From Asterias rubens (Eukaryota): DNA of 64,000 nucleotides. Below are positions 34,275 to 48,100 of this stretch, in pieces. The position numbers and the translations under genes are program-made. Position 1 is the stretch's first letter. Every line of letters begins with the position of its first letter. Location: contig NC_047066.1 of assembly GCF_902459465.1 (NCBI RefSeq), positions 20,026,001 to 20,090,000 on the forward strand, read 5' to 3'. The notes under the pieces were generated by a model. That model ran no database searches. It saw only the letters and a program-made list of their open reading frames with translations, and was not told where the DNA came from.

Positions 34275-37007
34275 ATGGTTTTAACTCGAAGTCGTCAGAG
34301 CAAAGACACCAAGTCTGTTGATGACAAACCTCAGGAAGCCAGCAAGAAGGTTGAAGATTTGGTGGCACAAAATACCAGCCTCAAAACGAGAAGAGCAAAA
34401 CCAAAACAGACATCAGCAGCAGCATCCACGACCACAGCAGCAAAAGAAGAGGTAGTTAAACAACAACAACCAGTTTCCACAGTTCAAGTTCCTAAACCAG
34501 ACCCAGTGAAGGATGCAGTTGTCATAGAAACGACAGGGGATGAGACACCAAAGAAGAAGAAAAAGAGGAACAGAAAACGAAAGAGTGCTGAAAAAAAGCA
34601 AACTGAAGAAATCTCAAAAGATGCACCATCTTCATCTGTAACAAATTCAACTACAAAAGGAGAAGCATCATCATCATCTTCATCTTCTGGAAAACAAAAA
34701 TCTAACAATAATGCCAGCTCAACAAAAGAAACGGTGATTCCTACAAAATCAGCGAAGAAAGCTAAAATAGTGAAGGAAGACGAAAGAACTGCTGTCGTCA
34801 GTGTCGATGAAGAACTGCAAAAGGAGAACGTGAGTGCGAGTTCGACTTTGGATTTGGAGAACGAGCAGCCTTTGATTGAGAAGATGGAGGTAATCAGCGC
34901 CAAGGAGATAATGAAGTTATACAAGAAGGAGTCGTTCATTGGGGAGGTGACCAAACACAAAGGCGTTTCAAAATCTGGACGGAAGTGGAAGACGGAGCAG
35001 ACGTCTCGGTAAATATAGATTGAACTTCACGTGTACTATCGTCTACGATTAGACTGTCAGACACGAGGAGAGAGGGTTACGAAATGTCGATTATCCCAAC
35101 TTTGAAGCAAGTTCAAAGTTCCTGTTTGTTACAACAAAGAAGATTAAGAAATCTGAATGGCAACAGTCAGAATTATGTTTTATGTAGTTCAAGTAAAACA
35201 TTAATTTACATTTGTTTTGTTTTTGTATGCTAAGTAAATAGTAATACTAATAGTATGCACTACAAACAAAACAAAGTACAACACCCTTGCCATTCCAATA
35301 ATACATACTCTGCACTTCTTCTAATTGTGAAGGAGTCCGAAGTACTGCACTACTGGCACTATTTTATGGAGCTATTTTTAATTATTTGTGATTAAAAATA
35401 CTACCGTACCACCACACATTTGAGTATGTACTGTAGATTATTGTTAATCATTAAACGTTACAAATTATTTGTATTGTGGATGTAGATCTAATGGCATGAA
35501 GCAAGACAAACCCATGAAGACTTCCTGGAAGAAGAAGATGAGTCAGAAAGCGGAGACGAAGAGCATGAAGTTATTTGAGGCAGAGCTCAAGGATGCAAAA
35601 ACCAAGGAAAACGAGGTATAAATAAAACGGGGTTTCATCCATCGATCAATTTGTCCAGATAGTATGAGAGCCTGGGAGCCTACTTCAAGAACTATGACTG
35701 TAAGGGTTCATTCTGCTATCATCTCCACGAACCTCGTAGATGAAGCACCAGAAAGTCCTGTTTGAAAGTGTTTGCCCTTCACGTTTGCAGAGCTTTTTAA
35801 AAATTAGATCTCGCCAAACTTAATGTTATTGCAACCGTAAAGAGCAAAAAATGTTTGAATGGGACTTTCTGGTGCTTTATCTACATGATGTTTATGAGGT
35901 TCGTAGACATGGTAACGGAATGACACAAGCCAATCCATCATTGTCAACCTAATGGGGGCTACAGTCAGGCTCTCCAGCTAGAGCAGGGGTCTTCCAGTCT
36001 CTTCGGGGCACTTTGTCATAATGTGGATTGGGTTTTCAGTCCCTACCTGACTGCAAGGATTTCCCTTGAATAATTCTCAAGAATTTTCCTCCCACATTCA
36101 AAACTGGAGTGTCCTTCATTGTCTTTTCTCCAATGGGTTCACTAAGTCACTCCCTTGGCATTCTCGCTAAAATTGAATCTTTCCTCTTTTATTTCAGAGA
36201 AAGAAACAACACAGAGCAAAAAAGTTGAAGCTGAAGTTGGAGAATGAGCGCAAGTCGGAGGTGGTGCAAGTGGTAAGATTTGGTTGCCTGGGTTCTTATA
36301 GGATTTGTTGTTGAACAAAGACAAATTTACAAGAGCGGGATTCGAACCAACGGCAACCGGATTAACACCAACTAGATTTTTAAAGCCATGATTCCATAAC
36401 AAGCTGTGTTTGATTTGGGAAGTGTCTCACTCTGATTTCATGAAAACTATTTCTCAATGCTATTTTGATTATTATACTTGAACTGATGTGTGATGAATTA
36501 CTACTGTGTACTAATTGCTTTTAATGTACATGTACTGCCTGGAAAACAATTGGGCTACTCAAGTGTAATTCGAACCCACAACCCCTGCACTCAAGAGTGA
36601 ATGTCTTCACTAGCTAGACCACAAGGGGTCAACTTCACACAAAAATATGCTTGATCTTTACTGCTAAGCAAATGTGACCCCAATATGCAAGTCACGTTGG
36701 TCATACTGACAACTCATCTGTAAATATTAATTTTGGTTTTTACCCATACACCGATGTGTGTTAGCACTGTATACTCAGTCCTTTGTAAAGATGAATCTTA
36801 GTGCTTTGTGAAATCGAGCCCTGGCTTGCTCGGTGACAAGAGGGCAGTTTGAATATGCAATCAATTATTTCTTTCATAACAAAATTCAATTCCTTTTTTT
36901 GACAGATCAAGAATACATCCAAAATAAAGCGTATGAAGAAGAAACAACTGAGAACGGTGGAAATGAGAAAGATTCCGAACTTCAATACAGCGCAGATCTT
37001 TGCCTAG
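34275..37007 (+). CDS. CCDC86: Coiled-coil domain-containing protein 86 (Cyclon; Cgr1-like C-terminus), 346 aa, 4 exons
   Basis: Exons 34275-35008, 35486-35615, 36198-36272, 36906-37007 (1041 nt). Motifs KSGRKWK, DKPMKTSWKKKM, LENERKSEVVQVIKNTSKIKRMKKKQLR match the CCDC86/CGR1 family. Confidence 0.9.
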
Positions 37008-37586
37008 TCTACCGTCACACACTGTGAGACTCCTTTTTAGCTCTTTTGGTGTCTGTTTTATTTTATTTTAAAAAAAAATTATTTGGAGGGGGCGCTTTAA
37101 ACCTAAAATGCCCCCTGAGCTTTTATGAAAAAAGTATTTCTCACAAAATGTATTATGCTGAAAATGCCCTGTAGCGATAACATGCATAAACAAATGGCGC
37201 TTTTTGGAATACATAAAACAGATTGTACATAGCAAACTTGGCACTGACAGAGGTGGGCCCTGATGTTGGGTTATGGACATATTTGTACACAGAACATATG
37301 CCTACATTTGTACCTGATGGAAAAACCAGTCTAACTTAATAACCGATTTGTTAAAAATTAAATCTAAATTGATTTATGAGTAGGTGACAATTTATTTCAA
37401 GAAACTGTACCATTTAAATTTAATATGGCTATTCGGTGATTTATAACTTTATTGTGACAAGAACGAAGGGCAAACAATATGTACATAAGTATATTTGAAG
37501 CTTTGCATGGTGTGGAGAAGTAGGAAGAAACTAGAAATGAATAGTAAACTTGCAGGTACAACCAAGTGTAAATCTCTTATTTTCTC

Positions 37587-37700
37587 CTAAAGATGAGCAG
37601 AGTATACTGTTCAAATATCGAGACCAAACCGGCTCTTTTCGGAGCCAACACTCCCTCAAAAAAGATTTACACATGGTTGTACCTACAAGTTTACTCTTTA
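37587..37700 (+). mobile_element. Penelope-type terminal-repeat fragment with a mutated minimal hammerhead
   Basis: TCTC-CTAAAGA-T-GAGCAG-AGTATA-CTGTTC-AAAT-ATC-GAGA: stem I (TCTC/GAGA) and stem II are retained, the catalytic core is mutated. Homologous to 47230-47335. Confidence 0.55.
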
Positions 37701-39115
37701 TAACACATACATAGGTATTTCAACACTAATACAAACAGTTACATGTCCATGTACATACTATACAATCCCAATGTCAAGCGACCTCTGTATTAAAATAATT
37801 AAATACCAATATCCTATGTCGTGTATTAGCAAAATAAACACAATACAATAGCAACAAATACATGTAGTGTATGTGTTTATACTTTGTAATTTGGATTTCA
37901 TATAGGTGGTGTGATCAAGTTAATCGAGTCTTTGGAGAAACAGACCAGCACTGAGCGGAAATTTTAAAGAAGTTGTTTTCTTAATTTTTAATTTAAATGC
38001 CAAAATACATGAATACTTTATTTTATTTTGGCAACTTCCTTCTGAGAAATTACATCAAAAGGGGTTACAATTTAATTGTAACCCCTTTTTTTAATGCTAA
38101 TTGAATTAGCATTAAAAAATATATGCCGATGTTTTTCAATAAACAACTAGACTTTAAACATCTTCATCTTAGTTTCATTCTCTCTGGGTTTTTTCTACTT
38201 TCACAACTTTTGAACCAAAGGTGGTTTCAACATGGAGTTCTACAGTATTAAAGCATAGATTATGCTCTTTTCAAGTAAATAAGAAAAGAAAAATTAACTT
38301 GGTCGACAAACGACTCATTTTGCTTGATCACATCACTAAAAGGAAAGCCCGGTTTTCGTTAAGCATTACTCGAATTCGACCAAGACCTGGACATTGGTTC
38401 CATTATATAATTTTGTGATTTATAATCGCTGTGATTTGTGACTTAAACATAACTCAGATCAGTTATGAAATGAACTATAATTACAGTTATCATGATTGAT
38501 TTCTATTTAGATCGACATATTGTGCATAATACATTGAGGTGTTCTGAAACAAATTACTTACAATAAAAAAATTATATATACACATATCTGCATCCAAATT
38601 ATTTTCAAATATTGCACAACTTTCTTTTAAGGTGTCACAAAAAAACGTCCCCCATAATGGCAAGGACAATGTGTTCTAGGAGAGTGTAGCTAAAGATGGA
38701 AAAACATTTGTGATAATTTCTACACAGAAGTGTATTGCAATCTAAACAGCGACAGAGCTACAGGGGGGTATGGGGGAAATTAATACACCCCCCCCTTTTT
38801 GCCCCCTTCCCCAATTTACCCCCAGAACCTATTTCAGTCTACACCATAACACTTGACATGCTTGATAATGAACAACCCACTCCATTTGTCACTGCTGACA
38901 AAAAGTCAAAAGTGAAACCGAGATCCAAATCTAATAGGCCTACATTGAAAAGATAGCATTTAATTAGCATCTTTTAGTAACCCCCGAGCCAAGATCTGAC
39001 TGTATGGCACAAACAAATTGTTGACATGGCAAAAACCTGTGGTCACAACGTCTCAAGCCGATATTCAGCCCGAGTAGCATCAACTATACATGTGTATATA
39101 TATATATATGGCCCC

Positions 39116-42100
39116 TTAAGACAACTCAAAGCCAGTGTTGCTTGAGATTGCATAACGAAGCTTCTCTTTAAGAGTGCCCTTCTTCTGGTAGTTGGGTAGC
39201 TTGAGCAAATTAAAGCAGGTGGAGGAGGTTGGTAACCGACCGACAGGATCTCTCTTCTGGATACGCAAGAAGCCACGGAGGACACTACCGACAGTATCAC
39301 CGGTATCCTGCATGAGAAGCGGACATTAGTGTCAACAGAAATGTATTATTGTAAAGTGATTTTGGTGAGTCTCAGGCATGATATTATTTGGTCATTGGGA
39401 AAAAAATATGAATATTTTGTTGAGTGCAAGGGCTGACCTACATGTACATATGGTATCTAGGCTTTAATAGACTTCAGGCTACATGTAACATATTGAAATA
39501 GGGAAGAACATCATGCCTGGAAACTAAAACAAAGACAATATTCATAAAGCAGGATCGAGGAGCATTGTACCTCTATCATAAATGAGTATTTTCAATTGGA
39601 TAACACACAAATTGCTTCTTAGATATTTTGATTGAGACAAATTCCTGCCATAAAAATATACATGGTCAAACGGAAGGGGGAAAGAGAAAGTCTGGTCTCT
39701 TGTTCTTTTTGTATTGCTTACAATTAAAACTAAATATTATTAGGAACCTGTACCATTTAAATTTACCATTTTTACCTATTTACTAATTGAAAAGATATGA
39801 TATGCTGTAGTTCTTACCTGATCATCACTGACTTCCACACATCGTATTGAGAAGGGTGGCTCTAGATGGGCAAAACCTAGCAATGGCGGCTTGGAACAAC
39901 TTGTTACAAACTGTAAAAAGATTGGTTTTTAAAATTGGTAACTGATGAGCCTCATGTTTCGATCCTAATAGAGTCTTTCTTACAGGCTAAAGGACAACAC
40001 ACAACAAGTATTGGTGTAACAGAAGCATTTAGGTGGGAAAGTTACTATGAAGTGAACGCAGGGAGCAGAGATGCAGGTTATGAACAAATAATATAAAAAC
40101 CAGTGCATTGTAAATGCAAAACATACATGACTGAATGTTCATTATTAAGTTTATGACAAAAGATAAAAAGAAGGCCTTCACAGAGAGCATTTCATTAAAA
40201 CAGATGGGACTACCCTGGTTATTTAAAACAAAATAAATAACAAAATAAGCACAGAAACAAATGTTTTTCATGAAAACCCACTTGACATCAGATTTGTAAG
40301 AAAGATAAAATATAATCACCTTGAGGAAGAGTGCCCTCTCTGCTGACGTTAAGTCATGCTCCAGAACATCAAACAACCAATTGACCACCCGATGGGAGTT
40401 ATGAAACCCTCCATAGTACTGTGTATGTTTCCTAAACCACAAGCAAAAATAATAAAAACAACAATAATAATAAAAACATGGAATTGAACAAAATAAAAGT
40501 TATTTGGTATTTATTTGATTTTATCAAATTCTTTTGTTTTTTGTCTTAATGAGGATATATCATACTGTGAAGAAATTGTAGTTAAGTGTCTTGTTCAAGG
40601 ACATAAGTGTCAAGACTGGGATTTGCACACACACACTCCAGTGACTTAGCCATCAGAACTTGTGATGAAGGCCATGTGAAATGATGCAAGGTCAAAGGTG
40701 ATTATGTAAGTGGGCTCAACAGCAGATCTCTGGCGCAATTCACAAGCCTCGAAGTGTGATGTCGGATGTTCAGGCTAGTGTTTGATATGCTTAAATTATG
40801 GTTGTGCTTGTGGTTATGGTTATGGTTATGGTTATAGTTATAGTTATGGTTATGATTATGTATATGGTTATGGTTGTGGTTATGGTTAAGAGTTATAACC
40901 TTATCTTTATTACCCACCTGAGGTCTGTAAAGTCAATCTCAGTATTATCTCCAGATATCAATCTCTGTAGCTCTGGACCAGAGAACCACGATAACCACTC
41001 GGGGTTTATTATGGATCTGAAACCGCGCTTAAATGCCTTAGTCTGGTCCCGGATCTGCTGGTACAGCCTGTAGTGGGCCATTAGGTGGATGTAGCTGATT
41101 CTTAAGGGTAATGGATAGGGAATCAGACTTTTTCAATCAAATAGAGTTTTAAACAAAATGTTTTTCCTTTACTTAAAATAATACAAGCACCTGAATAGTG
41201 ATATGTGTCTGCAAGGTTAAAGTAATCTGACACAGACATAGTGTACAATAGTCATAGTTTTAAGTTTTTGTATTCCATTGAATAGTAACAATAATCAATA
41301 GAACCTTTATGGCGCCTTACATCTAAAACAAACCCCAAAGCTCTATAGACAGTATTGAATAGCCCCTTTTTTTGCTGCTATGAAAGACGCCATTTTGTAG
41401 GTCAAACTGTATGCGCGTCTGAACGCGTACATCAAAGAAACACGCAGCATTCCCGATTAGATTGCTACAGCACAAGCACGCACACGCTCGCAGACGCCAT
41501 CTTGGAGAGCAAATACTTGAACGGTAACGACATATTCAATACGGTCTATAACAACAACAAAAAATTTTAAACGAAGCAAGTTTAATAGGGAATAAACTAA
41601 AGTACACAGCCAACGAAAAATAACAAAAAATGTATGTTAATGAACAAGCAACAGAACAAAACGGAGTTATTGATTTGGGCTCTTACTTGTTCTCATTGGT
41701 AACTGCCATTGCCTTGCCACCAGGTACCAGTTCATGAGTGTGGATCTTACCCATGACATCCTCATCATAGGAGAAGACGAGATCAAGGTCAGAAATGTCG
41801 CCCTCATAGTGCTGATTGGAAAATGTAAATGGAACATTTACTATCATTTCTTACTGTTCTTAAAGACACTGGAAACCTTTTGTAATTGTCAAAGACCAGT
41901 CTTCTCACTTGGTTTATCTCAACATATGCACAAAATAAAAAAAACTATGAAAATTTGAACTCAATTGGTTATTGAAGTTGCGAGATATTAATGGAAGAAG
42001 AAACACCCTTGTCACACCAAGTTGTTTGCTTTCAGATGCTTGATTTCGAGACCTCAAAATCTAATTCCGAGGTCTCAAAATCAAATTCAAATATTTTAGT

Positions 42101-45100
42101 GAAAAATTACTTCTTTCTCGAAAACTACGTTGCTTCAGAGGGAGCCGTTTCTCACAGTATTTTATACTATCAACAGCTCTCCATTGCTTGTTACCAAGTA
42201 AGTTTTTTTGCTAACAATTATTTTGAGTAATTACCAATAGTGTCCACTGCCTTTAAACCTTGTCAACCCAACCCTTCAACCCAAACCAGGTAAGGACTGA
42301 TAAAACAAGTCCACAGGCTCTGGTCAGTGGAATCAATCATATGGGACTCCCATGAAGGATTAAACAATGGCTGTTTTCAGTGGAAGGGTCGAGGAGGTCT
42401 GAGTATAATGTCCAGAATCAGGAAAACTCCTAAGAAGTCACACGCCTACATGATTGATAAATAATGTTACCTTGACATAGGTGAGATTCTTGTAGAGTTC
42501 AGGATCCATTGAGGGAAGCTCATCAATGGGGCTATAGAGCTGATTATGCTGCTGCTCTAACATCTGACTCAAGAAGAAGGTTGCGAAAGGAACTTCAACC
42601 ACAATGCTCTATGAAATATATCAATAAAAACCCACATGTTTCAGGATAACGCTAATCAAGTAAAATTGTGCAAAGAATTGTTAATTGCCTCACAATTCAA
42701 CTCTTCCAAAGTCTTTCTATTCTAATAAGGCATATTCACAAAAACACACACATTTATACTAATAAATCAGAAGAATTCAAGTAAAGGAAGTGAAAAGAAC
42801 AGGTAAATAAATTAAAGTTATGTCAGATACCAACCAAGTATAAAACAAAGTTATGAGGAAAATAGTTACACGGGATGTTAAAGGATCCTTAAAAAATAAT
42901 AATATTATAACCATACACAGATGTTCGATAAGCACCGTATACTCGGTGCTGTTAGAGAATCTTCCAGGAAAGATAGACATGGTCAAACACTGAAGCTTTA
43001 AAACTATTCGACTTAACAAAATTTGTGATGACAATACAAAAATGAAACGGGTACACACCTCGTACACAGCTTTGGCGAGCATCTTTCCGACAAACTCAAA
43101 AAGACCTAGATGGTTCTCATTGATGAAGGATGTCGGGCTTGGGTACAATCGCTGCTCACTGGTAGTCTGCACACACAAAAAAACACTTAACCATTAGTGC
43201 TTCTCTTCACCCAGGAGTAATTAAAGGGGTAGCTTGAACATCAACGGAAATAAAAACAACAATGATGGCGTATCGTGGCTAAGCAGTCTAGTGTACTGTG
43301 CTCAATTACTGGTGATTGGGTGTGGATTTGAACCTTAGTCATCACACTTGTGTCCTTCCACTAGGCACTTAACCATAATTGCTTCTCTTCACCTAGGAGT
43401 AAAGGGGTAGCTTGATGTTTATAAACATACTTTGATGAGATGGTTTAAGTTGTGAAATTACTGGCCAAAGGGCCATTCAAATGTTAATGTGCCCAAGTGT
43501 TGGCTGATAATGCATCTTCATCGCGGTCAGGATAAGGGATATCAATGAATAAACATATATCAGAAAGATTTTTTTTTTTATAATTTAGGTTTAATTACCT
43601 TGAATAAATTGAGCGTTGGGTTAAAGACCGTTCTTATAATTTCTTCCAAGAATTCCTTAAAGACTCCATCTTGATCTATGCCTGCTTCGTCTAAGCCCTG
43701 TCACACAAAGATACACATGGTCAAACACTAACAATTTAAGACATCAAAATTTCATAAGTTTCGGATAAACCTTTTGAGATAATCCAAATTGTTTTTATGT
43801 TGCATAGATTACCTGCATGTTAATAAACCTGACCCGGATAAGACCTTTCAGAGTCTGGGGTTGGAGACCAGCTAACTGTTGGTACCCATCCTACAAGCAA
43901 AGAAACACAGAAACAAATAAACAAAGCTAATGTTACAGGACTCTGGTCAGTGCCTCATTGAGTATCTAGCCCTGCATGGCAGTACATAGATAAATGTATG
44001 CAGTTGTTCCACCATACACGACCCTTGCAGATGAATAGTTTTAGAAGGTTAAACCATAAAGAAAGGTCGGACCAGACATTCGCCAAAAAATCAAAAAAGA
44101 AAAAGTTTAACACATGGACAAAGGTAAATCAAACCACTGAAAAAGAATTGGCAGAGTATAAAGATGTGAATAAAACACAAGGCCCTAGCCGGGAATCGAA
44201 CCAGGGCCACATTGGTAAGAGTTGAGCACTGTACACACTATATAAGACACTTTGAGAGTTTCTTAATAACTATTTAGGAAACTTGTAACTTACTTCTACT
44301 AGCCTTGTCCTGTGTACTGTTATGAGCGTCGAGTGTGGGGAGTAACTCGCTGTCTCTGTGAAGCCAAGGGCTTTCTTCTCTTCAGCTACTCGTTTGCGGA
44401 ATAGCATTACTCTCTGTCAGAACAACATTTTACTTCTTACATATATGACATATCCATAATGGCAGTATTAAGGGCATGGAGAGAGAGATCTCTTCCCATT
44501 AGTTTACATGCTGCTAGAATGAAAATACTCCTCAACAACTCCTTAATGTTTTTCTATTGTAGAGAAATAGGGAGGCAGGCTTTTGTGCATTGGACAGACA
44601 CCATAAATGAGTTAACAAGTAGCGGGCAAAACAAATAACTTGAAAATGGACAAACAATGACAAACACAAACAGAAAGCAAGTTTACATTAGATCAAACAT
44701 CCATCAGAATAAATCAATCAATAAAGTAGTATCATATTAATAATTTAGAATTGAACTTTAGAGGTTTTTTTTTATTCACAATAATTAACTTTTAAAAGTG
44801 ACATGAAATGAATTTGGATGAGAATCTCAAAATTTACACCTTACCTCTCTGTGTGGGATGACGTGAGGAATCCGTTGCAATATTAGCGTCGTTCGTTTAC
44901 TCCCCTTCTCAAGCTCCGCTCTGAAAGTGGTCAGTTTTAGGTCCTTGACTAACCAGTGGTTAGCCGAAGCGAACTGGCGCCTGCAGTCTCTGTCATATAG
45001 TAGACTTAGTAGAGAATGTGTGGAGCTAAACAGGTTGGCTTTCTTCACTGTACCATCTGGGATGAAATTTGTTTCGCTAAAATTTAGATTTTTGATAAAG

Positions 45101-48100
45101 TAAATTCATTCTAGTCTCTTTAGGGATAATGCATGTATTTGACAAATGTAGAACTTTCTGAAAGGCCAGGGTTCCCCCTTATTCTAGACCCAGAACCTTT
45201 CACATGTTCAATTTATAAGGTGAAATACTCCGTGCATCCTCAAAAAATACAAGTTTACAGGTTTGGACACAATGAAGATGACTTATTTCTCCCTTTGGTG
45301 ACTGATTTTCTTCTTTCAAAAAAGTTTGATGGCTTCAGGAAAGTTTGAGAAAATCAGAAAAAAAATCCTGTAATATCACATAATCTGGTTTGCAGTAACC
45401 ATTACATGATTACAATTGGTTTCTGGAGACTAAATACTTGATGAATTCTTTCAGTTAAAATTTGAATTTTGGAAGTAAAGTAGTAAAACAAGCAGTCGAT
45501 CAGGAAAATGTTGTTGTATCTCTTCAAATTAATGGGACAAAAATCTGGTCGGCAGGTTCTTAAATGGTCTGTCAAGTTACAGGAAATACACTTTTGTTGA
45601 GCCTAATCAATTCTGTACATGAGTTACTGGGTTGACCTACCAATGCCATGCTCCCAGATCATCTTGAAGACAAAGGTATTAAGGAATGCTGTGACTGCAA
45701 TAAGGTCCTCTTTATGGAATGGAGTCTGCTGGTCGTAAAATTCAACATCATCCAAGATTCTGCACATGGGGTTAAATAGTTAACTCTTTAGCTCATTAGC
45801 AAATTTTGCTCATTAGCAAATTGTTTGGATTTAAACAACCAAATTTGATCTTCCTACCAACTAACTTCAATTAGAGTATGTGAGAAGTATTATAAAAACC
45901 TTCTTCTCAAAGAGGTTAATGATAACTAGGAGCTTTAGATAATTATAACTTGAATTGTCATGTAAAAAAATTACTAATATCCTGGTTATATTACAAAATT
46001 GAGTTAATTGCTCAAATCAGGGGGCCAATTTTACAAAGAGCTTCAAATCAATCGTAGTTGCGAAGTAAAGTGTCATGTCACAAAACAAATCAATATGGTA
46101 ATACTAACAAATTGTCTTAAGATTAATTTTATTACTTTGTAAAAACAAGCCCGGGTTATGAATGAATAATTAAACTAATTATTAATGAATCAGTTTGTCA
46201 AAAAAGAACCCAGGATAATACTTACGGTATTAAGTAGGTGGCAACATCACAAAAGAGCACCAGTACTGAGAGAATATTATGGGATTCCATGGAGGACGAT
46301 AAACACTCTAGGAACAGCTTCAGACCTCCCTGGGGTCCTAATTCAGCGATGAATCGCCACAGTCTAGGCAGAAGGAGATCTCGATAGCTCAGACCTGTAT
46401 CAAATTTGAAAGATAGTTTTGAATTGGATTACAAACTTTAAATGGTTTAAACAGTGCATTACGGGAAAGAGGCTAGAATCAAGCACCCTTTTCATCTGAC
46501 AACTAACACCTGTTATCTTCATGTAACTCCTTTTCCAAACATTTTATACAGTGCATTAAAGATGCTAAAATAAAACATCCTTTTCATCTGACAACTAACA
46601 CCTGTTATCTACATGTAATTCCTGTTCCAAACAGAGTAAACAGTGCATTAAAGATGCTAAAATAAAACATCCTTTTCATCTGACAACTAACACCTGTTAT
46701 CTTTATGTAACTCCTTTTCCAAACAGTGAAAGTAATTGTATCATGCACAAACCAGATTCGCTCATCCATTAAGTTTAATGACCCAAGTACAGGCCTGGAA
46801 TTTCATCTCTGAGAGAGCTAGGCCATTTTATTTCACACAGGGTTTTTCCATTGGAAAGTCTTTAAGTCTATGGGAAACTTCTCAAGGGTCACCAAGGCCA
46901 AGAACAGGGACAACAGAGGTCATGGCCTCCGTGGAATTCAATATAAACACACCCACCGGTGAAAAGAATGTATTACTTGGAACCTTACCTGTGAGTATAT
47001 CACGTCTGAGTTCCGTGAGTGTAGCGATGGCTGTTTGATACATATCACACACATTACACACAGCTACAACCTCTGGTGCCTGTAAGCTCTTCCCTCCCTT
47101 CTGTGTGCCGAGCTTGGAGGTGGTTCTTTGCAAGCGCTTCAAGAAACTACCTCCTGTAAAGTAATGAGCAAGTAATGAGAAAATAGAGAAACGTTCAATT
47201 CCATAACTATGCACTTTCTCAGAAACATACTGAAGACGAGCAGAGTATACTGTTCGAAACATCAAGACCAAACCAGCTCTTTTCAGAGCCAACGCTCCCT
47301 CAAAAGAGATTTTACACATGGTTGTACCCGCAAGTCTACTATTCATAATAGATGTTAAATTTGCATCGGGGATAACGAATATTAATTTTGTTTTTTTTTA
47401 CCCATACACCGATGTGTGTTAGCACTGTATACTCAGTACTTTCCCGAGTCCTGTGAAAAAATATCACAGGCATGTTACTCGGGTGGGATTCGAACCCACG
47501 ACCCTTGCAATTCTAGAGCAGTGTCTTACCAACTAGACTACCGAGGTTGCCCGGCAGCTAGAGGCAGTTCGAATCCTATGTTTTGGCAGCGGGTACCGCA
47601 ACGATATAATAGATGTTAAATTTGCATCGGGGATAACGAATATTAATTTTGTTTTTTTTTACCCATACACCGATGTGTGTTAGCACTGTATTCTCAGTAC
47701 TTTCCCGAGTCCTGTGATAAAATATCACTACTATTCATATTTTGTATTATACCCTACTTCCTAGAAGAAAACAAAATGGTTTTAGGAGATGAACTTTATA
47801 ATCAGGAAGCATTCAGACTGAATTTTACAAATATACCTATTGTATAATAGGTACAACCGAGCCTGTATAGTAGCTTTATTACAAATACAGAGACATACCT
47901 TTAGAATGCCCCTTTCCTGACGATGTCGGTGACTTTGCTGTTGGTTCTTGGTCAGGAGCCGCCTTCAACACATCAAGAAACACTGCCTGTAGAATCTGCT
48001 GGCCCCACAACAGATTTAACTGCCTTACAACGAAGTTCATTGCTTCGTGTAATCTGAAATATTGATACGTCATTGAGCATATTTAATAATAGTAATAATA

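Noticed and set aside
40702-41073. NH-repeat and VM-repeat ORFs
   Set aside because: Translation of a hexamer microsatellite.
47400-47475. GGGAAA-[hairpin]-GCUAA segment resembling an HDV-like P4/J4-2 module or a hammerhead stem III
   Set aside because: No CC-containing L3 or P1 partner for an HDV fold, and no CUGANGA for a hammerhead, could be placed by hand. A covariance search on the family consensus would be needed.
47478-47545. Candidate tRNA-Ser(AGA) gene
   Set aside because: The T-arm is perfect, but the acceptor stem is short, the anticodon stem is mismatched and there is no long variable arm. It lies inside a TSD-flanked repeat, so it is a SINE-like module.
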